Below, one piece after another: positions 53,264 through 64,000 of a DNA stretch of 64,000 nucleotides. A program made the position numbers and the translations under genes. The notes under the pieces were generated by a model that saw nothing but the letters and a program-made list of their open reading frames with translations, searched no databases and was not told the DNA's origin. Each line of letters begins with the position of its first letter. Position 1 is the stretch's first letter. This stretch comes from Paraspadella gotoi (Eukaryota > Animalia > Chaetognatha): positions 14,670,963 through 14,734,962 of the forward strand of contig CM119265.1 of the NCBI GenBank assembly GCA_051294375.1. The letters run 5' to 3'.

Positions 53264-56200
53264 GAAGATGGAACGAGAAACGCCGACTCCTAATTTGGAG
53301 GAGGACATGAATTTTCTTGCCTCAAATTAAAAGGCGCGGGGGAGGAGGAGGAGGAGGAGGAGAAGGATGAGGAAGATGGAGAGAAAGAAGAAGATGTGAA
53401 TAGGATGACACGCGGTTTGAAAAACTGTACAATTCTTTTTATGTTAAACTGTTTTACACTTATAAAAATGCAGTAAAGNNNNNNNNNNNNNNNNNNNNNN
53501 NNNNNNNNNNNNNNNNNNNNNNNNNNNNNNNNNNNNNNNNNNNNNNNNNNNNNNNNNNNNNNNNNNNNNNNNNNNNNNNNNNNNNNNNNNNNNNNNNNNN
53601 NNNNNNNNNNNNNNNNNNNNNNNNNNNNNNNNNNNNNNNNNNNNNNNNNNNNNNNNNNNNNCGAAAAGAAAAGAAAGGACGGAGAGTAGAGAGGAAAAAA
53701 AAGGCCCTTGGGTGCCGAAAGAAATGAGAGTGAAAGACAAGTTAAAACATCTCGCGAACAAAAGGAGCAGTCGAGGAGATGACGACGTTTTCCGGAACGC
53801 GGAGCCACAATCGAAGGAAAAACAAAAGGGAAGCGGAAAAAAAATGAGAGAATAAAAANNNNNNNNNNNNNNNNNNNNNNNNNNNNNNNNNNNNNNNNNN
53901 NNNNNNNNNNNNNNNNNNNNNNNNNNNNNNNNNNNNNNNNNNNNNNNNNNNNNNNNNNNNNNNNNNNNNNNNNNNNNNNNNNNNNNNNNNNNNNNNNNNN
54001 NNNNNNNNNNNNNNNNNNNNNNNNNNNNNNNNNNNNNNNNNNNNNNNNGGTTTATTTTTTGCAATCAGGCATGACAAAGTTTTCTTTTTCTGTGGTTGGC
54101 TACTCCGTTATTTTTCACGTACGATTACACAACCAAATGTCGGCGGAAAACGAAANNNNNNNNNNNNNNNNNNNNNNNNNNNNNNNNNNNNNNNNNNNNN
54201 NNNNNNNNNNNNNNNNNNNNNNNNNNNNNNNNNNNNNNNNNNNNNNNNNNNNNNNNNNNNNNNNNNNNNNNNNNNNNNNNNNNNNNNNNNNNNNNNNNNN
54301 NNNNNNNNNNNNNNNNNNNNNNNNNNNNNNNNNNNNNNNNNNNNNNNNNNNNNNNNNNNNNNNNNNNNNNNNNNNNNNNNNNNNNNNNNNNNNNNNNTCT
54401 CATCAGTTCATTTTCAATCATCGCCGGTCGAACCTAAGGTTGGAATCAAGGAAATGATGGAGGTGTCGGAAATCGACGTCGTGGCAGGGTAGTTGGGTTG
54501 GGTAGTTGGTTGATTGAGTGGCTAGTTGTTGGAACGATGGAATGACGGCGTGGCAGGGTGGCGTTAATTTTCAGCATCACAGACACCACCTCCCACGTGA
54601 GTTTTCGCTCCACTTCCTCGTCGCGGATTCAATCACCTGTGATTCCCGTCTTTGCTCTCACAGGCATTCGGAGTCACTTTGCATCGTCTGTCCTGTTTTT
54701 GTATTCTACCTAATAAAATCCTCTTTTTCGATTCTGTTTTAATTCACTTCTGATCTCAATAGCAACAAGAAAGAGACGTTAACGTTAACGTTAATAACGT
54801 TAACAACATCGGTAGTCAGTTGAGAAAAATATACTGCGTTAGTAAACATGATGTTCGTTTAGTTCAATACGTTGACACTGTGACTCAAATCAAATTATTT
54901 AAAAAATTTTTTAAACGAGTTCAGGGATTACGGATCAGAAATGGGACGCTCTCGTTATTGTCAGGTTCGTCGTTGATGTATTTCTCTTTTCCCTAAAAAG
55001 TTAAAATTTCACTTTAATCTACTTCGCAGTGCTCAACGAGCAATTGCGCATTCGTGTAAGAAGCGAGCCCAACAGCGGATTCGTTCCCCCTTTTCGCCAC
55101 GCCGCGAAATGTGGTCGGTGCGAAGGATCATGAGCGGGATCAACGTGACAAAGCCAGTTTACAAATTGCAAATAGATCCAGAGATTTGAGAGAAGGCGGG
55201 GGTCGAAGGAAGAGGGGAATAAATTGAATGGGGAGGAATTAATGTAACGAATCCGATCGAGAGAGGCAGGGAACGCGATCCGAAGTGAATGTAAACTTAG
55301 GGAAAGACTCAACTCGAGAAAGCGTATATCCAATCGTCCGCACGAAGTCTAGATATAAAACGTGTACTATGCCTTAGAACTTGCAAAAGCATTCGCGCAG
55401 AGATAATTTTATTTATAAAATCCATGATAATTCCCGTAATATCCGAGTTGTTAATGACGAACCGACGGGAAACGCTTAGTGATTCCCGGTTAATCTCGAA
55501 GTCTTTCCTCGTGCCCATATAGTATTCGCATAACTCGGGGTGAATATATTTTCGCGGGAAAATATTCAAAAAAATTTGCATTTTATTATTAGCGTAATTG
55601 ATTGGATTCCGCTGTAGTCGCGGTTTTCGTTTTTTCTCCCATATGATTTACACTCCCCCTCGTCCCGTCGGCCTGCTCACCCCTTACTTCCGCCTTCTCT
55701 CCCATTCAATCTCATCCCTTTTCACATTTCCTTCCTATTTTCTCAACTTTTTTTCTCCCTTCACGCCTTTTCCCTCGCGCCCTCTTCCCCCCCACATTTA
55801 CTCCCTTAATCCCATTTCTTTCCCAGCCCGAACCGCGGCGTCAAACTTCCATCGTCGACGACTAAATTATATATATTTTCTTTCCTTTTTTTTTCTTCCT
55901 TCGCTCTCCTTCTTAGATTTCAGCGCGGCCCCGATCGAGCATTTTCTTTTTTGCCTCGTTCCGGATCTCGGTCTAAAAAAATCCCGCTTTTTAAAAAAAG
56001 ACGAAAAAAAAGAAAGAAAGCGAAAAGGGAAAGAAAAAAGGTTCGGGTGGGAAAAGAAGTTAAGCGAAGGAAAATCGAAATTCTTCCGGAGAAGCCCATA
56101 AGCAAAAACCGTCGGCTTTTATTTTATTGCCTGCAATAACCTCAACCAACAGATCATATATGATGACGAGGGAGGGAGGAGGAAGGGAGAAAGGGAGGGA

Positions 56201-58790
56201 GAGGTGGTGGAGGGAAGTGGGTGGTGTGTGGTGAGGATAACATGGAGACGGCGCAGGAAGAAAAAGCGGGAAGGAGGTTTTCTGAGGAAGGAAATAAAGT
56301 AAAAACCTTTTAGATGGGATAAGTAAGAAAAAAAGGCTGAGACGAAAGGATAAAAGAAAATAAAAAAATCAAAATCGAACTTGTGAACGCGAACTCTGAC
56401 CCCGAGTAGATCGTATTTAACAATAAGAACAGTATAAGAACAGTTAATCCATAAACAAGGAGCAACTAGAGTCACTCTCGCGAAAACTAAAACTCATTCG
56501 TTTTGAAAACATAACTAAACAATAACCATGAAATCATTTTCATTTCTTTGAATTCTTTTATTAACATTTTCGTTTCCTTTAAAAAAAAAATTGGTTTTTT
56601 TTCTTCTCGTTGAAATGAAAACAAAAAAACCCCGGATGTTGGTCGCGTCATCCCTTCGCGCGAAATTCAGGACGCGTCTCGCGCATCGTCGGCCGAATAT
56701 AAAAAAAAAAAAGTTTCGTCGTCGTCGTGATCGTCGTCAACCGTCACCGTCGTCATCGTCGACCGTCACCGCCTTCACTCGTTGACGCGCGTTATTGACG
56801 GAGAGAGAGAGAGCCGCGTTCGAAATTCGGAGCCTTTGACATTTGACACGATTTCCTCTTCTGTCTTCTTCCGTTCCTCCCTTTCCTCCCCTTCTCTCCC
56901 TCTCCCCTCCTTCGCGAGACAAATGGATGAGGCGAGGCTTCTCCATTGCATTTTTATTGATTTAAGGATCGCGAGGTTATATTGCTATGATGAGGGATCA
57001 AGAGGGCAGACGGGAGAGAGAGGGGGAGAAAGAGGGAGTGGGTAAAACGATGACGACCCGTTTGACGAAGTAGAGAAAAAGGGAAAAGTTACACTTGAAA
57101 GGGGTTTCTTTGCAAATAACTCCTGAATTCGAGGTAGGGACTATGGGTTTCAGTATGCGTGTTTCATAGTTTTTTCGTCGTTCCCCAATCTATTTCTTAA
57201 CCAATTAAGTATAAGAGTCAAAATTATGCATTCAAACTAGAAACTCTTCACTTTTCTCTTAAGTGGGGCAGCGTGTCTCCCCCTTCTAGGTCACCCCCCC
57301 CCTAACCGCCCTCACCTCCCTCACCGCCCCCCCCCCAGCCTGAACCCGCAAGGAGCGAAAGGGGTCTGTGACGCGAAAGGGGCGGACGATATTACCATAA
57401 GCAGAGCGAACAAATACGAATACAAAACTTGTGGGTAACAAAAATATGGACCGAGAGTCGAGTGTAAAGTTTCGAAGAGGGATAATGGGCGAGGGTTGGA
57501 AAAAGGGGAGATTTAGTATGACTCTATGAAGATTCAAAGTTTTAAAAAAATTACGGGCATTCTTACAGTTTTTGATCAGATGGACCAATTCAATTGAAGA
57601 TCGGCCCAAGATATTCCATTTGACTACTTCATTCGTAATTCGTATGTTGAAAATGAAAATATTTATCGACAAATTTCGTATTTCTTAATAAAAAAGGACC
57701 TAGGGTTTGTGGGTTATAAGATTCCAGTTTCTAAAGGTACAGGTTACTAAAACTTGGGATAAGAAGTTAAAAGTGAAATGAGTGAAAAGTATAGAAAGAA
57801 GGGAGAAAAAGGAATAAGGATTAAAAAAAAATAGAAGGAGCAAAAAGGAAATGGAAAAGGAAAAAAGACGAAAAGGGAAATAAAAGGCAGGGAATAAAAA
57901 CCGGTGTCTCTCTTCTTTCTTCCGACCAACGAAAAGCCTTGCTNNNNNNNNNNNNNNNNNNNNNNNNNNNNNNNNNNNNNNNNNNNNNNNNNNNNNNNNN
58001 NNNNNNNNNNNNNNNNNNNNNNNNNNNNNNNNNNNNNNNNNNNNNNNNNNNNNNNNNNNNNNNNNNNNNNNNNNNNNNNNNNNNNNNNNNNNNNNNNNNN
58101 NNNNNNNNNNNNNNNNNNNNNNNNNNNNNNNNNNNNNNNNNNNNNNNNNNNNNNNNNNNNNNNNNNNNNNNNNNNNNNNNNNNNNNNTTTTCGCTCAAGT
58201 TGGCAATAACCCATGCTCATCCCTTTCGCTTCCGGCGGCGGCGGCGTCGGCTGCCGCTGAGCCGCGGCTGCAGCGCCGGCGCCCAGTTGTTTCAACGAGG
58301 AAAGCGCGGTCGCCCGGTCGNNNNNNNNNNNNNNNNNNNNNNNNNNNNNNNNNNNNNNNNNNNNNNNNNNNNNNNNNNNNNNNNNNNNNNNNNNNNNNNN
58401 NNNNNNNNNNNNNNNNNNNNNNNNNNNNNNNNNNNNNNNNNNNNNNNNNNNNNNNNNNNNNNNNNNNNNNNNNNNNNNNNNNNNNNNNNNNNNNNNNNNN
58501 NNNNNNNNNNNNNNNNNNNNNNNNNNNNNNNNNNNNNNNNNNNNNNNNNNNNNNNNNNNNNNNNNNNNNNNNNNNNNNNNGTTCCTCAGCGGCTGCCGCG
58601 GTTTGGCCGGCGCAACTCGCGGTTGTTCACCCAGGGAGAGGGTGGGTTTTTGAGGAGGTGAGGTGTAGCGGCGGCGGCGGCGGCGGCAGCGGCAGATGTG
58701 CTTGACCTTGTCAGAGTCGTTTTCAAGGGGTGAGCAGTTGAAGCCGACAACGAACCATTCCGGTGCAGCCACCGGAAATCACTTCTTTCG

Positions 58791-58832
<42 letters not shown>

Positions 58833-59529
58833 TTCGCTTTCTCTCTCCCACAGTGTCTCTCGCTGTCTTTCTCTTTTTCCTTTTCTGTCTACTTTTTTTA
58901 CTGCTTTCAATATTAAATTCAGATTTCAGTTTCATCTTTTAATTCAATATTATCCATTTTAGATTAGTCTACTTTCCCTTACCGTTTTCTTCCCATTTTT
59001 TCAATTTCAATATTCGTATTCAAATATTTCTTTCAGGTCTTTCGTATTTAGTGCAGTGAAGATGTAAAACATTTTAAATTTTACTGAAGAAAAACCATCG
59101 AAAGTTTAAAAAGTTTCTTCAATAAACGTTTCTCGCTGTTATAAAAACCTTTTGACAAGCAAATTGAGCATTTTTTGTATTCCTTTTAAAAGTTTTTTTA
59201 AAAAAATTCAACTCGTTTTTTTTCCCCGTCGTTCTCTCTCTCTCTCCTCTCTCCCCTCTTTCCCTTTTTCCTCCCTCCCCAGTCCCCAGTCCCCATCTCC
59301 CTTCGGGGGAAAAAAACGAAATTAGCCATGAAAGTCGCACCGGGAAATGATGCACAAAAAACCGCGACGCACAACGAAATGACGCACAAAACGCCGAAGA
59401 AACGAAATGACGCACAAAACGACGGCGAAATGAAATGACGCAGAGAGAAACCGACTTAAGACGTAAACGACGCAAACCCGTCCGGAAAAAAAAATTTACG
59501 AATCGTGAAAAACGGTGTTGGCGGCGGCA

Positions 59530-59564
<35 letters not shown>

Positions 59565-60572
59565 AGCTGTGAAGTCGCCCGAAGTAAATAAGAATTTTAA
59601 GGAAGAGGAAGGAAGAAAACGACGATGAAGAAAAAAGCTAAAAGCGAGATTACTGTGAAGGCGATTGGTTGAGCGATGAATTTTTTCTCGCTTTTTGTTT
59701 TCGTTGCTTCCCTTTCTACAATTGCAATTGCAATTAAGGAATTTGCAAGAAAGAACGAAGGTTCGGATGAAGGAGTCGGGGATCATTGGTGATCATTGCG
59801 GAAGACGAGCGAAATTAACCTCCGAAAATTAAGAGGGCGGAAATGGAATTCTACGCCATTAAAGAAATCCACTGAAATTGCTTCTTGTCTCTATTGCATC
59901 TTTCCCCTAATATCGGCTTCGGCTATTTATTAATTTATTAATCATAGTCATAGTCATAATCATAATCATAGTCATAATCATAGTCATTTATTAATCTTAG
60001 TCTTAATCTTAATCTTAGAGCAATATAATTTCAACCTTTATCTTAATTAAAACTCTAACCTCCACAATACTTAATATTAATACCTCGAGAAAAAAAAATG
60101 GCCACCTTGCCAAAGTCAATTACGTCATCAGCAAAGTCTGACGCCATAATTCGGAATTGACGACGACGACGACGACGACGACGACGAACCATCGTTACCC
60201 TTTTCCCCGGCTTGGCCATAAATAGTGGTCAACTCGGCCCGGATGTGAGAAAAAATCCTCCTACCCGGATTAAACCGGATTAGTGGTGACCGTGAAGGCG
60301 GCGGCGTCATTGCGGGAAAGCGCGGGCGGACGTGGCAGCGGGTGGAGGAGAGGCTGACGGTGGCGGCGGTGGCAGGAGGAGCGGGCAGAGGACGACGGCG
60401 TTGAGGACGCTCATATGCAGGAACATACTGAGAGTAACGAGATCACTCAGAAAAGTTGGCCGTTCAAGTCCGAGGGTAGAGGGAGTATGTTAGCGTCGGG
60501 ACAGGGTTTAGGTAAAGTCGCCGCAGGGAAAAGGTCCCGGTGATGAGGTGGTCAGGGCGATTACGCGGCAAT

Positions 60573-60684
60573 GTGATTAAATTGGTGGTTTTGAGGACGG
60601 TTGCGGTTTTGGTAGATTGGTGGTTAAATTGGTGATTAAATTGGTGGTTTTGAGGACGGTTGCGGTTTTGGTAGATTGGTGGTT
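60573..60684. repeat. Tandem duplication with a 59-nt period
   Basis: gtgattaaattggtggttttgaggacggttgcggttttggtagattggtggtt occurs at 60573 and 60632. Confidence 0.92.
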
Positions 60685-62569
60685 CGTGCCGTTGATCAAG
60701 AGTGGGCTAGAGTCAAGGTAAGGTGTTTTTTTTTCCGCGGGCGAGGTCAGGGTGGGTTAACGAGTCGGGGCGAGACGGGAAACGATGGCGGGTAAGGTCG
60801 AAAGGGCGAGAAAGAAAACGAGGGTAAATCACCGAAGGCGAGGTGGGCTCATTGGTCAAAGGCTGATCGCCGCAGAGTGGATGGTCGGACGGAGTAACGC
60901 CCACGATTTACCCGTCTTGCCCGGCATTGCCCGCCAATGTCCTGGCCTTGCAGGCATTGCCCGATATTTCCCGGTTTTGGCCTGGCATTGCCAGGCGCTG
61001 CCAAGCATTGCCCGGTTCAATGAGAGACGCGAATGTCGGTCGAGTCTTTACCCCCCCCCACCGAAAAAAAAAGGAAAATCTAGAAAATGTCGCCGTGACA
61101 CCGTGATATCGAGAAAGGCAGTGATGACGACGACGACGACGACGACGCCTCGAGTCCGAGGCGCGACATTAAAAGGGTGTTAAGGGCTTCGGGTCGCGAC
61201 TTTGGCGGTGATAAATAAGGGGAATAAAATCGGGCAGATTTAGAGGTTTAATCTCTTCTCGGCGGTCAGGGGGGCGGTGGTTGAGTGGGGTGGAGTCTGA
61301 ACTAGGGTAAGGAAGGGGAAGGGGGAAGGGCATTGGTCAAGGAAAGAGAAAAAAAAACCGATCTGGTTGAGATTTGGATGTGAGGAGATTAAAAAGTGAT
61401 TCGAGATTAGGGGAAGCAGGTGTGAATAAAGGTGGAAAGAGAAAGAAAATAAAATAAGGTAAGGATGATTTAGAATTGAAACAGATTTGTGAAAGAGGAA
61501 ATAAATTTAAGGAATCGATAGAAGGTTGAGATTGAAAGAAGAGAGAGAAAAAGGAAAAGCGTCTCTTCGCTCTACGTCCACTGATTTAAATATCGGACCA
61601 AATCGGCAAATTATTAATTTTATTAAAATTGACAACAAAAGTCTTGAAAGTAAACACTAGGAAAGAATTGATCCTCTCATCGGCAGAAGCAGTAACACGA
61701 GAAGAGGAAAGGAGGCAGCAGCAGCGGTGGATCGGCGGCGGAAGCGGCGGCGCTGGCAACAGCGGCCTTCTCGCTCAGAGGATTAAGATTAAGTGCAAGG
61801 TGTTAAAGTCTCAACCCCAGTCACGAAGGCGACGATGGGGAATGAGTGAGGTTTAAAGTGTAAAGCTCAGAGATAAAAAGGGTAAGACAAGGAGGGAAAA
61901 AAAGAACGAAACAACCGACCGACCAACGTCAACGAAGGAGCCAACAAATCGACTACAACCAAGAACAAAAGCAATTGATAAATAAATAGCGTACAAACGA
62001 AGTAAAACTAATTTGAATGATTGCGATTATTTAAAGTTGGAACTCATGGAGAGAAAGCTTTAAAAATTAAATATAACCGAAAGAAGCATTTGACACGCCC
62101 AAAACAAGAACAGAAATATAGAAACTTTTTTCTTAGAAAAATAAAACGGCGTAAATCAATTGAAATAAGCAGCAAATGAATCGACACAATATAGGAAAGG
62201 GGGGGGAAGCGGCTTGGGTGGAAAGGAAAAGTGAAAGATCTAAGGGAATGAGAAAAATTGAATCAAATCTTAAAGAAAGGAAAAGGGGGACGAAAAGGAA
62301 CGAAGCGCAATAGAGGGAAAGGTTCCGGTAAGTTAACAACGGGAAGGCGGAGGGTGAGGAGAGCCCGGGACGCCGCCGCCTCCAGCTGCGAGAGTCAGTG
62401 AAGCAGCGAGCAAGTTGTTGTAAGTCGCGGCTTCGAGTCGACTGCCCATGAAAAAACGAGTCTGCTTCTTACGGCCAGAGAGAAATCGGGTGAAAACAGA
62501 GGGAGGAAGGAAGGCCGCTCTGGTGGGATTGGTTGTCCCTGCTGTCCGCACAATTTCAGACTCCCCCCA

Positions 62570-62618
<49 letters not shown>

Positions 62619-63124
62619 TCCCTGTGGGTGTGTAAAGAGAGAGAGAGCGAGAGAAAGAGAGAATGAAATCACAAACCAAGAGAGTTTAATTTTGCAGCAA
62701 TAATTCACTCGGTGGCGGCCAAGCAAGCCCTTGACAGAGGCGTGACGGCGGCGGCGGTGGCGGGCGGTGGCAATGGTGGCGGGCGGCGGCGACGGCGTCG
62801 GCGGTTTTTTTTAAAAGTAAAGGTGGTTCGAAGGCATTGGTGGTCGTCTTGCTGTCGCTGATTTTTGTTACAGTTGAGGGTCTTAAACGGATCGCGAATG
62901 GAAAGAGTTGTAAGCGACGGACTCGTTGGTGGTGCCGATTAAGAGGGTGGTTTGGGTGGAAGCGATGGAGGCTGCGGAGGCGATGTTGTTGATTTTGTTC
63001 TCGGGCGCTTTGGCGGCGGCCGAAGCGGCTGGAGCGGCGAAGGCGGCAGAGAGGCGTGCGGCTGAGGCTCTGGATTCCCTCCACGGGCTTTTAATGCCCA
63101 AAGGAATTGAAAAAAAAAGGGGGG

Positions 63125-63203
<79 letters not shown>

Positions 63204-64000
63204 GAGGAGAGAGAGAAAGAGAGTGAGAGTGAGAGTGAGAGATGAGTGAGAGTGGGAGAGAAGAGAGTAGAGAGAGCAGAGAGAGATGTTTAGGAACGAG
63301 AGAGAGGGAGAGGTCGATTTTGTTACGTAGAGTCAGAAAGAGGGTGGAAGAGAGAAAAACGTCAAAGAGAACAAGAAAAGAGAAGAGAAAATTAGTTATA
63401 TAATTAATTTTAATTATTCATATAGAATTATCTTTTTTTTCTTCTCAATTCAGTTTTTTGTTCCTTTTATTTTCCCTATTTCCCTTTTTCTTCGATTTTT
63501 ACTTTCTTTCTTTCTTTCTTTTTCTTTCTTTCTTTCTTTTTCTTTCTTTCCCTTAATTTTTTTTCCTTTCTTTTTTCCCCCGTCTTTCTCTCCGCTCCCT
63601 TAAACCTCGGGTCTCCGTCGCTTTTCCATGTTCTGCCTGATTGATTGCAATAATGATGATGAATCCAATCAATCAGAACCCGGAAACAAATGGCATCACA
63701 TTTTCGCGCCGCTCAGGTTGCGGCGGCGGCTGCGACGGCCGCGCCGGCGACGGCCTGCCGCGGAGTATGGCTGCGGCGTGAGCGAATTGGAGGCGGGTAT
63801 TATTAGGGAAAGGGGGGGGCTTAGCGAGTCTCGTTCGGTTCGTAATTCGGTTTATGTTTGTTATTAGTATTACCATTTCTATAATTTTATAACTGCGTAA
63901 TAATTCCTACTAAGTACGGAGGAAATTCTTTTTTTAGCCCAAGTCTCGACGCATTTTGGAAATTCTTTCCGCGTCGGCATAATTTCTCTTCGGATGATTG

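Noticed and set aside
58188-63876. GC-rich blocks at about 58.2-58.8, 60.2-60.45, 62.7-63.1 and 63.6-63.85 kb as exons of a minus-strand gene
   Set aside because: No consistent frame or splice chain and no recognisable domain. They need transcript data.
151-64000. Most ORFs in the track (poly-SL, poly-RE, poly-I, LSFF, PSFL and X-filled ORFs)
   Set aside because: They are translations of microsatellites or N gaps, often open on both strands, with no domain signal.

Overview
Eukaryotic, most likely animal, draft-genome window with many N gaps and heavy (GA)n, (GAC)n, (CTTT)n and (CCTT)n low-complexity sequence. Almost all ORFs in the supplied track are microsatellite noise. Two spliced genes can be rebuilt by hand with consistent exon phases: an EndoG/EXOG-family nuclease (36847-38966, +, about 316 aa) and an 11-exon V-ATPase V0 subunit a (45635-49739, +, about 879 aa) that appears to need a GC-AG intron. 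There is also a tRNA-Gly(GCC) pseudogene (15650-15720) and a tRNA-headed SINE-like element in a nuclease intron whose body matches the 5' two-thirds of a twister ribozyme; this is the best candidate for something new, though it looks degenerate. The large inverted repeats (5.4-14.8 kb, 35.8-36.5 kb, 50.4-53.3 kb) and the tandem duplication (28.2-33.4 kb) each abut or span an exactly 25-N gap and differ by scattered small indels, so they are probably long-read gap-filling artefacts. No CRISPR array, rRNA or transposase was seen. All comparisons to known sequences are from memory, not from searches.
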